A stretch of 63,416 nucleotides of DNA, counting the filler, from Candidatus Woesearchaeota archaeon CG1_02_57_44 (GTDB lineage: Archaea > Nanobdellota > Nanobdellia > Woesearchaeales > CG1-02-57-44): NCBI GenBank assembly GCA_001871415.1. It is 4 parts of 4 records of this genome, joined end to end, with 100 filler letters (N's around TTAATTAATTAA, not from the genome) between each part and the next. Parts side by side here need not be neighbours in the genome. Positions count along the whole stretch, not along the records: positions 31,696 to 53,999 come from MNWW01000008.1; 3 more parts are not named here. One strand, 5' to 3'. The position numbers were made by a program, and so were the translations under genes. The first letter of the stretch is position 1. Each line of letters starts with the position of its first letter. The notes below the pieces were generated by a model. That model worked only from the letters and a program-made list of their open reading frames with translations. It was not told the DNA's origin and ran no database searches. This document shows, piece after piece, positions 33,115 to 42,264 of this stretch.

Positions 33115-33633
33115 GTGGATCATCGTGGGCGTATCGCCATGTATGGATCGCTCCTGATTATAGCACTCTTGGTCATGGGCGTCAGCCATGCGGGCAAGAG
33201 TTCAGGGGGCGCCACCAAGCAGAAGGCAGAATGCAGCGACCGGATAGACAATGACGGCGACGGGTTCATCGACCTGGCCGACCCAGGATGCGACAGCAGG
33301 AACGACAACAATGAATACAATCCCCCTGCCATCATCTGCGGCGATGGTGTGTGCAATACCGTCGAATCCTGCTCAAGCTGCGCGGTCGATTGCGGGCAAT
33401 GCGACTCCTGCACCGACTATGATAATGGTTGGGTCCCTGAGGTCCCGAGCTTTGTGTCAGGCTATGCGGACGGCTCGTCCTACAACATTGCGGACCAATG
33501 CCTCGACATGACCACCCTTGCGGAGCAGTACTGCGTCGGCGCTCAGGCGTTCAGCGGGACGATCAGCTGCGGGAGCGGCGGCAATGCGACCACCAACGCG
33601 ACCACCATGTGCAGCAACGGCGCTTGCGTGTAG
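33115..33633 (+). CDS. Secreted Cys-rich protein, tandem paralogue of 32254-32760
   Basis: GAGGTGA RBS before GTG 33115; same Cys skeleton (CSDRIDNDGDGFIDLADPGC...CSNGACV). Confidence 0.82.
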   Translation: MDHRGRIAMYGSLLIIALLVMGVSHAGKSSGGATKQKAECSDRIDNDGDGFIDLADPGCDSRNDNNEYNPPAIICGDGVCNTVESCSSCAVDCGQCDSCTDYDNGWVPEVPSFVSGYADGSSYNIADQCLDMTTLAEQYCVGAQAFSGTISCGSGGNATTNATTMCSNGACV

Positions 33634-33808
33634 CGGCGTGCAGTGATATCCTCGCAGCCCGTGCTCAGCGGGCATGCTATTTTTCTTCTCTTCTTCTGAG
33701 CTGTCTCGGACAAGGCCCTCCTGATGCATCACCTGGCACCTGTCGCACGGTCTTTGTTCGCATGGCTATTGCATAACTTTTTATACTGCCCACTGCCTTG
33801 AGGATGTC

Positions 33809-35155
33809 ATGCTCCGCATCATCGCCCTTGGCGGCTACGCTGAGATGGGCCGCAACATGACTGCTGTCTTCTGGAACGACCAGGGTGTCATCCTGGACTG
33901 TGGTCTGCACCTGGAAAACTACATCCGGCTCACTGAGGAAGATGACCTGAAGGTCATGAGCACCAAGCTTCTACAGCAGGAAGGTGCCATCGCTGATCTG
34001 ACTCCCCTTGGCAAGGACCGAAAGAAGATACTCGCCATCGTCCCCAGCCACGCGCACCTGGACCACATCGGCGGCCTGCCGTATCTGGAATCCAAGTTCG
34101 ACGCGCCCATCATCTGCACGCCCTTCACCGCTGCGGTATTGCGGGGCATGGTCGGGGACAATAAAAGTGGAAGGGGAGGGAACGGGCGAGGTGAGCTTCG
34201 CAATGACATCATCACGGTGCAGCCGGGCGCAAGCCACAAGCTGACAGAAGACATCACCATCGAGTTCATCCGCGCCACGCACAGCACGCCGCATACAGCG
34301 ACCATCGCCATCCACACGCCTGACGGGGTCGTCATCTACGCCAATGACTTCAAGTTCGACCTGCACCCCACGTTGGGCCCGAAGCCCGATTTCGCACGGC
34401 TCAAGGCGCTGGGCAAGGCAGGCGTCAAGGCCTTCATCTGCGAGTCCACCTACAGCAATCTGGAGCAGCGTATGCCCTCGGAGAGCATCGCCAAGCAGAT
34501 GCTCGAAGACATCCTGCTCGGCCTTGACCATAAGAACAAGGCCATCATCGTCACCACGTTCAGCAGCCACATCGCGCGCCTCCGGGCCATCTGCGACTGC
34601 GCCAAGAAGATACACCGCACGCCGCTCATCGTGGGCAGATCGCTCTCACGCTACATCGCGGCAGCAGAGGAGTGCGGCATCACGAGCTTCAAGGACGCGG
34701 AAGTAGTGCGCTACTCCAGCAAGGCAGCGCGGCGGCTTCGCAAGGTGCTCGCAGAAGGCAAGGAGAAGTATGTCCTGGTGGTCACCGGGCATCAGGGCGA
34801 GCCGCGGGCAATACTGTCCAGGATGGTCTCTGAGCAGATAGACTGGCGCTTTGACCCGAATGACTGCGTCATCTTTAGCTGCAAGGTCATCCCCACACCA
34901 ACCAATGAAGCCAACCGGGCAAGGCTCGAATCCAGGCTACGGGATTTCAATGTCCGCTTCTTCAAAGACATCCATGTATCAGGACACGCCGCCCGCGAAG
35001 ACCTGCGTGAGATGCTCACCATGCTCAAGCCGGAGCACCTGTTCGCCAGCCATGGCGATAAGAAGATGCAGGCAGGGCTTGCCAGCCTAGCGGCAGAAGA
35101 GCATATGCAAAAAGTGCACCTCCTGGCCAATGGTGGTCAGATGGAGCTCGCATAG
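33809..35155 (+). CDS. rnj: Ribonuclease J (beta-CASP metallo-beta-lactamase)
   Basis: GGYAEMGRNMTA, SHAHLDHIG, THS, DFKFD, TTFSSHIARL, HVSGHA. Confidence 0.95.
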   Translation: MLRIIALGGYAEMGRNMTAVFWNDQGVILDCGLHLENYIRLTEEDDLKVMSTKLLQQEGAIADLTPLGKDRKKILAIVPSHAHLDHIGGLPYLESKFDAPIICTPFTAAVLRGMVGDNKSGRGGNGRGELRNDIITVQPGASHKLTEDITIEFIRATHSTPHTATIAIHTPDGVVIYANDFKFDLHPTLGPKPDFARLKALGKAGVKAFICESTYSNLEQRMPSESIAKQMLEDILLGLDHKNKAIIVTTFSSHIARLRAICDCAKKIHRTPLIVGRSLSRYIAAAEECGITSFKDAEVVRYSSKAARRLRKVLAEGKEKYVLVVTGHQGEPRAILSRMVSEQIDWRFDPNDCVIFSCKVIPTPTNEANRARLESRLRDFNVRFFKDIHVSGHAAREDLREMLTMLKPEHLFASHGDKKMQAGLASLAAEEHMQKVHLLANGGQMELA

Positions 35156-35190
35156 AAGATTTTATAAAACCAGTATCATTCCACCGAGGC

Positions 35191-35937
35191 ATGAAACTCA
35201 CTCTTGCGGAGCCCTCTCTGCTCAAGGATAGCGTCTCTCTGATATCAGAACTGGTCAATGAGGCCAGTATCAAGGTCACTAAGGAAGGCCTTGAGGTCAT
35301 CGCCATGGACCCCGCAAATGTGGCCATGGTGGTCTTCAAGCTGCTCTCCCCCACATTCTCCGAGTACAATATCAAGTCTGATACCACCCTTGGCGTCAAC
35401 ATGGCCAACTTCAAGCAGATACTGCGCAGGGCAAGGCCCAGCGATGTGCTCACGCTTGAGATGGCTGACAAGGCGCGCCTGCAGATAAAGCTCAAGGGCG
35501 CGTCCACCCGGACATTCTCGCTTCCTATCCTTGAGATGGGCGATGCTGAGCAGAAGGTCCCTGACCTGAAGTTTCCGGTGGTCATCAAGACCATGGCCTC
35601 GGTGCTCTCCGATGCCATTGATGACGCTGACGTGGTCGCAGAGGCGGTCAGCTTCATCGCGCAGGAGAAGAAGTTCACCATCTCAGCCGAGGGCGACCTG
35701 TCTGACGCCACGGTCGAGATACCTGCCAGCGAGCAGACCAAGATAACCATGGAATCCGACAAGCCGCTCAAGAGCAAGTACTCGCTCGAATACCTCAAGA
35801 AGATGGCCGGCGGCTCCAAGCTCGCGGACGAGGTCACTATCAGCTTTAACAAGGACTACCCGCTGCGCCTGGACTATCTCTCTCTCAATAAGCTGCAGCT
35901 CAGCTTCATCCTCGCTCCGAGGGTGGAGCATGACTAG
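35191..35937 (+). CDS. pcn: PCNA / DNA polymerase sliding clamp
   Basis: AMDPANVAMV, YSLEYLKKM, DYPL and C-terminal FILAPRVE. Confidence 0.97.
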   Translation: MKLTLAEPSLLKDSVSLISELVNEASIKVTKEGLEVIAMDPANVAMVVFKLLSPTFSEYNIKSDTTLGVNMANFKQILRRARPSDVLTLEMADKARLQIKLKGASTRTFSLPILEMGDAEQKVPDLKFPVVIKTMASVLSDAIDDADVVAEAVSFIAQEKKFTISAEGDLSDATVEIPASEQTKITMESDKPLKSKYSLEYLKKMAGGSKLADEVTISFNKDYPLRLDYLSLNKLQLSFILAPRVEHD

Positions 35938-36035
35938 GCGGGGAGCGCGCTTTGTCCTGATTCTTCTCGTATCTTCTGTGTTATTCTCCTGTTTATACAC
36001 ATGTTTTTTATCTCTCACCTTTATTCCTCCGGCCT

Positions 36036-37412
36036 ATGCCTATCGAGGACTATGAGCCCATCGTACAGCAGTGCGCGCGGCGTTATGCTAGGGATCCTGA
36101 ACTGAGAAGCGAGTATGCACAGCTTGTCCGCATTGCCATCTGGCTCGCGTTGGAGAAGGATCCTTCGCTTCCAGAGAATCATGCAATTGTCATCGGCCGT
36201 AGTGCCATCTTTCATATGCTCGAGAAGCAAGAGAGACAGAAGCGGACACCGCCAGGAGGGGCTCTGCTTGAGCTGCAGGCGCCCCTCTTCGAGACAGGGG
36301 GGCTTACTGTCGAGGATTCTGTGGGTAGGTCAGATTGTCCGGGGCATGGACTTCTGCTCGCAGAAATGCACGAGCAGCTTCGTTCGCGATTCGGCAGGTA
36401 CTATTCTCAGGGTATTGCGCAGTCAGGGCTGCGTGGCATCCCGCAGGCCATCGTGCGCACAACCCTCGAGCAGGTCGCGGGCATCGACCCCCACAATACG
36501 GACTCCTACGCAAATTTCCAATTCTTTGCTGAACATGGTCTGCATCCATTGCTTCGAGCGTTCTTCCGTGGCAGCTACCATGTCGCATTGTCTGCATGCT
36601 ATCCTGATTTTTATGTCCCCTGGATGGGTAGTAATGTCCCTCCTGATTACTGGTCAGGACGTTATTCCATTCAGCATGCGACAAAAGCCATGCAATGGTT
36701 TTGCGATCTTCACGACCTCACCACTGTTGGACAGGCACGCTCTGTCGTCACTATGTCCAACCTCAAAGCCTCGGGTCTTGGAGGACTCGCTGCCCATTAT
36801 CATGAAAATACCGCCCGTCTCATCCAGCTTGTGTTCTCAGAGGCCAGACCTTGGCGTCTCAAGCATGTCCCTCATGGATTTTGGGATTCAGATGACAACC
36901 GCTTTGATGCGTTGGATGATTTTCTGCAGCATGTTGGCTGCGGTTCCATTGTCGGGTTGACCCCTGAAGCAACCTATGACAAAGAACTTAAGAAACGCGT
37001 CTCCCGTCGCACCTTGACAGGTTTTCACCTCTCCAACCTGCTGGCCTCCCAATATGACGGCCGGCAATACGATATGTTCCATGATATTTTCCCTGGGCAG
37101 ATTCTTCCTTGGACACTGGCGCAAGTACGCATCTCTTCCTGGCCGGATGCACAAGAAGTCGGCGTCAATGCCATGCGCTGGGTGGTTGAGGATTACCTTG
37201 GCCTATCTTGCGAGGAATTGCCAGCTGTGTTGACTGATCGCCTAATGAAAGCGCTTGGTTTCTCTGGCATCATGCGAAACCCTGTCTTCGGGTTCGAGAA
37301 TTCCCCTTTTCGTATAGCCGACGCGCTCTATCCCGGCACATTTACACCTGATGATTTCAGCCGCTTTCGGCCATGCAGCAGGATACCTGACTGCGGTTAT
37401 CTCTCTTCTTGA
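36036..37412 (+). CDS. Sigma70 region 2/3-like N-terminal domain fused to DUF4046-like repeats (paralogue A)
   Basis: YEPIVQQCARRY...EYAQLVRIAIWLALEK...KR...LELQAPL...LTVEDSVG, then repeated PW...VPxx(Y/F)W units. Codons more T-rich than the neighbours. Confidence 0.7.
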   Translation: MPIEDYEPIVQQCARRYARDPELRSEYAQLVRIAIWLALEKDPSLPENHAIVIGRSAIFHMLEKQERQKRTPPGGALLELQAPLFETGGLTVEDSVGRSDCPGHGLLLAEMHEQLRSRFGRYYSQGIAQSGLRGIPQAIVRTTLEQVAGIDPHNTDSYANFQFFAEHGLHPLLRAFFRGSYHVALSACYPDFYVPWMGSNVPPDYWSGRYSIQHATKAMQWFCDLHDLTTVGQARSVVTMSNLKASGLGGLAAHYHENTARLIQLVFSEARPWRLKHVPHGFWDSDDNRFDALDDFLQHVGCGSIVGLTPEATYDKELKKRVSRRTLTGFHLSNLLASQYDGRQYDMFHDIFPGQILPWTLAQVRISSWPDAQEVGVNAMRWVVEDYLGLSCEELPAVLTDRLMKALGFSGIMRNPVFGFENSPFRIADALYPGTFTPDDFSRFRPCSRIPDCGYLSS

Positions 37413-37428
37413 TGCTCTATAGTTGAAG

Positions 37429-37592
37429 GGCTCTCTCCTGAATCTCGTTTGACATATGCCAGCAGCGGGCTTGGGCAGCGTTCCCACCAGTGACACATTG
37501 ACATCCCCGGAGGGGGCATCCCCCTGTCAATGCGCAAAATCCAACACATCAGCCTTCGCAATTGCTGCTGGCTGGACTCTTAGGACAGAGCC
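37429..37592. mobile_element. 164-bp MITE-like element with GGCTCT(C/G)TCCT/AGGACAGAGCC terminal inverted repeats, copy A
   Basis: Closely similar to 49574-49736; nested stems GCCAGCAGC/GCTGCTGGC and TTGACA/TGTCAA. Confidence 0.8.
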
Positions 37593-37790
37593 GATCCGCA
37601 CATATCGGACAATTCAAGTGTACGATAAAAACGTACGACTGAAAGCCTGACTTTTTGTCACTGTTTGGAGTGTCGACAAATTGTCGATGTTTCCAGGGTT
37701 AGAAATATGAGTCGTACCCATTTTGGGTACAGTTGAAAAGGAGGGGGACAAATTGTCCCTATGAACGTAATGCGGGTTATTTGATCCGCC
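37592..37790 (+). repeat. Array of 6-7 different short AT-cored palindromes with ~26-bp period
   Basis: Palindrome centres at 37602, 37628, 37654, 37680 (exact 26-bp steps), then 37722, 37752 and ~37780; semi-conserved 3' tail YRNYTS(R/C)A in units 1-5. Confidence 0.75.
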
Positions 37791-38101
37791 TCAGAATCCC
37801 TGTGACAAATCCTTCTGTGTCTTTTATTCTACCTCTCACACAGTAATTGACAGAATTAGATAGGATACATAGTTTGTTCGCCTCTATTGTACAAATGTCA
37901 TCAAATTTCGAAAAACATTTTTACATTAGCCCTTTTCAACGCTTAAAGCCTTGAATAAGACTAAGCAGGCGCAGGATGAGTGAGGGCACGTCTGTATCGC
38001 CCACTCATTCCTCTCTTTGCTCCTCATAGCGGGTCTTGTCTCCTCTCTTGCTGATATTTTCAAAAGTTTTTTTATGTATCTTTTTTTACTGTTGCTTTCG
38101 T

Positions 38102-39490
38102 ATGCAGGTCGAAGACTATGAACCCATAGCGCAGCAGTGCGCCAGGCGTTACGCCTCAGATGATGCTGAACGCGAAGAGCTGGCGCAGCTTGCGCGTATC
38201 GGCATCTGGTTGGCTCTGGAAAACGATGCCTCGTTGCCAAGAGCGCATGCGGTCACTGTAGGGCTCGACGCTATCCGTGCCAGTTTCCGGAAGCAGAGCG
38301 CTAGGATGAGGACGCCTCCTGGCGGAACGCTTCTTGAATTGCAGGAGCCGATATCTGATGATGGCTCGCTGACGCTTGAGGACGTTGTCGGCAAGGATGA
38401 TGGTCCTGGTCAGGATGAGCTGCTCGCTGAGTTGCACGTCCAGCTGCGCTCTAGGTTCTGCGCAAGGTATATGATGAATATCAAGCAATCTGGGCTCAGG
38501 GGTATTCCGCAGGCCATCGTCCGCGCGACCATCGAGCAGGTAGCAGGGCTTTCTCCTGACGACACCAATGCCTATGCGAACAGCCAGTTCTTCATCGACC
38601 ATCATCTGCGTCCCTTGCTGAAGATATTCTTCAATGACAGTTATCATGATGCACTGAGCGCTGCATATCCTGATACTTATGTCCCCTGGATGGGCAAGCA
38701 AGTGCCTGACGGCTACTGGTCTGGACGAGGTGGCAAAGCGCACGCGAGGAAAGCAATGCGATGGTTCTGTAACGCGAAAGGCATCAAGTCCACGGAAGAT
38801 GTACGCGATGTGTCTATCCAGGATTTTGTTGATGAAGGCCTCGGTGGGCTCATCTTTCATTACCGCTACAACATCAATCGCGTCATGCAACTGGTCTTTC
38901 CAGAGAGCAGGCCCTGGCGGCTCAAGAGCGTTCCTGCTGGCTTCTGGGATACACTGGACAACCGCAGAGACGCCCTCGATGATTTCCTTCAGCACATCGG
39001 CTGTGGCTCTATCATCGGTCTCACGCCTGAGGAGACCTATGACCGCGGTCTTAAAAAGAGAGTATCAGGGTCAGCTCTCAAGGATTTTCATCTTTCTTAC
39101 CTTCTGCTGTACCAATACAGGGGCAGGCAATACAACTTATTTCACGACCACTTCCCTGAGCAGATCCTGCCATGGACCTTGGCGAATGTGCGACTGGCAA
39201 ATTGGCCTGATGCCGTAGAGGTGGGGGTCAATGCGATGCGATGGGCTCTGGAGGACTACCTCGTGGTCACTGTCGAAGAAGTCCCTCAGGTCCTTACTAC
39301 GCGGCTGATACGTGGGCTTGGTTTGACCGGTATCTTCACGAATCAGGTATTCGGGTTCGATAGTTCTCCATTCAAGGTCGCGGATACGCTCTATCCGGGG
39401 ATTTTCACGCCGTATGACTTCCGAAGAAAGCGGCCAGGCATACGAGTGCCTGACTGCGGGTATCTGCACATGATACAGCACGAGTCATGA
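38102..39490 (+). CDS. Sigma70 region 2/3-like plus DUF4046-like repeat protein (paralogue B)
   Basis: Colinear with paralogue A over the full length (MQVEDYEPIAQQCARRY...LELQEPISDDGSLTLEDVVG...PDCGYL). Start placed at ATG 38102 by alignment. Confidence 0.7.
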   Translation: MQVEDYEPIAQQCARRYASDDAEREELAQLARIGIWLALENDASLPRAHAVTVGLDAIRASFRKQSARMRTPPGGTLLELQEPISDDGSLTLEDVVGKDDGPGQDELLAELHVQLRSRFCARYMMNIKQSGLRGIPQAIVRATIEQVAGLSPDDTNAYANSQFFIDHHLRPLLKIFFNDSYHDALSAAYPDTYVPWMGKQVPDGYWSGRGGKAHARKAMRWFCNAKGIKSTEDVRDVSIQDFVDEGLGGLIFHYRYNINRVMQLVFPESRPWRLKSVPAGFWDTLDNRRDALDDFLQHIGCGSIIGLTPEETYDRGLKKRVSGSALKDFHLSYLLLYQYRGRQYNLFHDHFPEQILPWTLANVRLANWPDAVEVGVNAMRWALEDYLVVTVEEVPQVLTTRLIRGLGLTGIFTNQVFGFDSSPFKVADTLYPGIFTPYDFRRKRPGIRVPDCGYLHMIQHES

Positions 39491-39547
39491 TCCGCTCCTG
39501 CTCGTCCATACACACTTTTATAAGCCAAAAGCAATGCCTCAAGACGT

Positions 39548-42226
39548 ATGACCGACTATTACGCCATGAGCGCTGACGCGGCCATGCGTGACCTTGGCAG
39601 CACGCCCTCCGGACTGAGCCACGGCGAGGCGCTGCGCAGGCTTGGCGAATACGGGCCAAACGCGCTCAGGCGCGGCAGGCGCACCAGCATGCTCGCGCTC
39701 TTCTTTCAGCAGTTTTCCAATGCGCTGAGCATCCTGCTCGTGTTCGCGGGTGTCCTGTCATTGTTCCTCGGCGAGCACGTGGAAAGCGTCGCCATCTTCG
39801 TCATACTGCTCCTGAATGCCCTCCTTGGTTTTGTGCAGGAATACCGCGCTGAGCGCGCCATGGAGAAGCTTCAGGAGCTGTCCGCCAAGAGCGCGCGGGT
39901 GCTGCGCGACGGCAAGGAACATAAGATAGAAGCCGCACATGTTGTCCCTGGCGATCTGCTCATCCTGGAGGCCGGAGATATCGTCCCCGCGGACGCAAGA
40001 CTCATCTCTGTCGCGAGCATGCAGATAGACGAAGCAGCACTCACTGGAGAATCCGTTCCCAGCAAGAAGATCATCCTGCCCTATCCGGAGGGCACCAGCA
40101 TCACGGATCAGGAGAACATGGCGTTCATGGGGACCAGCGTCACCTATGGCAAAGGCAAGGCGATCGTCACGGCCACAGGCATGAGCACGGAGTTCGGCAA
40201 GATAGCAGAGTCGCTGGAAGACGAGGACGTCCCGCAGACGCCATTGCAGAAGAAATTCCAGGCGCTCGCCGGGCAGATAGGAAAGCTCGCGGTCGTGCTC
40301 ATCATCATCGTGCTCATCGCGGGCACCCTGCACAAGACGGTCAGCTTCCTTGACATGCTGCTCTTCGCGCTGGTGCTGGCGGTAGCCACCATCCCTGTCG
40401 CCTTGCCCACCATCGTCACCATCGGGCTATCGCTCGGAGCCAAACGCCTCGCAAAGAAGAATCTATTGGTCAAGCGATTGCCCGCAGCCGAGAGCCTCGG
40501 CGCGGCGACCATCATCGTCTCTGACAAGACCGGCACCATCACCAAGAACCAGATGACCGTGACCACCATCTATGATGGACATAAGAGCATCTCGGTGACG
40601 GGCACCGGGTATGTTCCTGAAGGGACATTCTCCTCACCTGCTCCTGAGATACTGCTTCGTATCAGCATGCTCTGCAACAACGCCAAGCTTACGGAATTGC
40701 AGGGCAAGCATGGCATCATCGGCGATCCCACTGAAGGCGCGCTCATCGTGCTGGCTCGCAAAGCAGGTCTTGATGATGGAATCTACGAACAGTATCCGCA
40801 GGAGCGGGAACTTCCCTTCGACTCTGATCGCAAGATGATGAGTGTCATCTGCCGGCAGGGCAAGACGCTTGAGGCGTATGTCAAAGGCGCGCCTGATCTG
40901 CTCTTGGCTGCCTGCGATCGCATATGGGACAAGGGCTCGGTTCGGAAGATGACTGATGCTGACCGCAAGCGCATCCTTGACGCCAACCAGCGCATGGGCG
41001 AGCAGGCGCTGCGCGTGCTCGGGTTCGCCTATCGCCCCCTGCATGGGCACAGGACGGCACACCGAGAGGGCGCGGAGGCAGGAGACGACGAATTCACTCC
41101 TGCCAGCGTCGAGCGCGAGCTCATCTTCGTAGGCCTCGCGGGCATGATAGACCCTCCGCGCGACGAGGTCGCAGGCGCCATCGCAAAATGCCACAGCGCG
41201 GGCATCAGGGTCATGGTGGTCACGGGTGATCATTCTGTGACAGCCAAGGCCGTCGGCGAGCGCATCGGGCTCATGCAGGAAGGTGACGCAGTCATCACAG
41301 GCGAGGACGTCGAGCGCATGAGTGACCAGGAACTGCGGCATGCGCTGGCGTCGGTACGCATCATCGCCCGCGCCATGCCCTTGCAGAAGCTTCGCATCGT
41401 CACCGCGCTTCAGCAGGAAGGGCACATCGTGGCCATGACCGGCGACGGGGTCAATGACGCGCCCGCGCTCAAGAAGGCGGACATCGGCATCGCCATGGGC
41501 ATCACCGGCACCGACGTGGCCAAGGAAGTCGCCAAGGCGGTGCTGGTGGACGATAACTTCGCCACCATCGTCAATGCCATCGAAGAAGGCAGGGCAGTCT
41601 ATGACAAGATGATACTCTCCGCGCGCTACCTGCTATCGTGCAACAGCGGCGAGATCGGAGTGGTTCTGTTCTCCATCCTGCTAGGCATGCCCTTGCCATT
41701 GATACCCCTGCAGGTGCTCATGATTAACCTGTTGACTGATACGTTCCCTGCCATGGGGCTTGGTATGGAGAAAGGAGAAGATGATATCATGCGTCACAAG
41801 CCGCGTGATCCCCATGCACCGCCGCTCTCGCGCCCGACGCTGTATTCTATCCTATTCTTCGGGCTCATCATGGCGACGGGCACCTTGCTCGTGTTCAACG
41901 CCTACAGGTCTGACCTGACGCTCGCGCGCACCATGGCGTTCACCACGCTCGTGCTCTTCCAGATGTTCGCGGTCATCTCCGGCAGGACATTGCATCCGTC
42001 GCTCGCGCGGCTCAATCCGTTCACCAATCTCTGGCTCACGGGGGCTGTAGTGTTGTCTGTTGGCCTGCAGGTGCTGGTCGTGTACCTGGCGCCATTGCAG
42101 CAGTTGTTTGGCACGGTAGCGCTCAGCTCTCAGCATTGGCTCGTCATCGTCAGCGTGAGCAGCATCGGGCTCTTGCTCATGGAGCTGAGCAAATTCGCGC
42201 TGGGAAGGAGCGAAGCGAGGGCGTGA
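39548..42226 (+). CDS. P-type ATPase, P2A (Ca2+-type) subfamily
   Basis: TGES, DKTGT phosphorylation site, KGAPD, DPPR, TGDGVNDAPALKKADIG. TM4 reads PVAL instead of PEGL. Confidence 0.95.
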   Translation: MTDYYAMSADAAMRDLGSTPSGLSHGEALRRLGEYGPNALRRGRRTSMLALFFQQFSNALSILLVFAGVLSLFLGEHVESVAIFVILLLNALLGFVQEYRAERAMEKLQELSAKSARVLRDGKEHKIEAAHVVPGDLLILEAGDIVPADARLISVASMQIDEAALTGESVPSKKIILPYPEGTSITDQENMAFMGTSVTYGKGKAIVTATGMSTEFGKIAESLEDEDVPQTPLQKKFQALAGQIGKLAVVLIIIVLIAGTLHKTVSFLDMLLFALVLAVATIPVALPTIVTIGLSLGAKRLAKKNLLVKRLPAAESLGAATIIVSDKTGTITKNQMTVTTIYDGHKSISVTGTGYVPEGTFSSPAPEILLRISMLCNNAKLTELQGKHGIIGDPTEGALIVLARKAGLDDGIYEQYPQERELPFDSDRKMMSVICRQGKTLEAYVKGAPDLLLAACDRIWDKGSVRKMTDADRKRILDANQRMGEQALRVLGFAYRPLHGHRTAHREGAEAGDDEFTPASVERELIFVGLAGMIDPPRDEVAGAIAKCHSAGIRVMVVTGDHSVTAKAVGERIGLMQEGDAVITGEDVERMSDQELRHALASVRIIARAMPLQKLRIVTALQQEGHIVAMTGDGVNDAPALKKADIGIAMGITGTDVAKEVAKAVLVDDNFATIVNAIEEGRAVYDKMILSARYLLSCNSGEIGVVLFSILLGMPLPLIPLQVLMINLLTDTFPAMGLGMEKGEDDIMRHKPRDPHAPPLSRPTLYSILFFGLIMATGTLLVFNAYRSDLTLARTMAFTTLVLFQMFAVISGRTLHPSLARLNPFTNLWLTGAVVLSVGLQVLVVYLAPLQQLFGTVALSSQHWLVIVSVSSIGLLLMELSKFALGRSEARA

Positions 42227-42264
42227 TCTGATAGATTGACTTTATGAGGGCCCTGCCCTGCGCA

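Noticed and set aside
37592..37790. Canonical CRISPR array
   Set aside because: No identical direct repeats, units too short for repeat+spacer, and no cas genes. Reported instead as a different kind of array.
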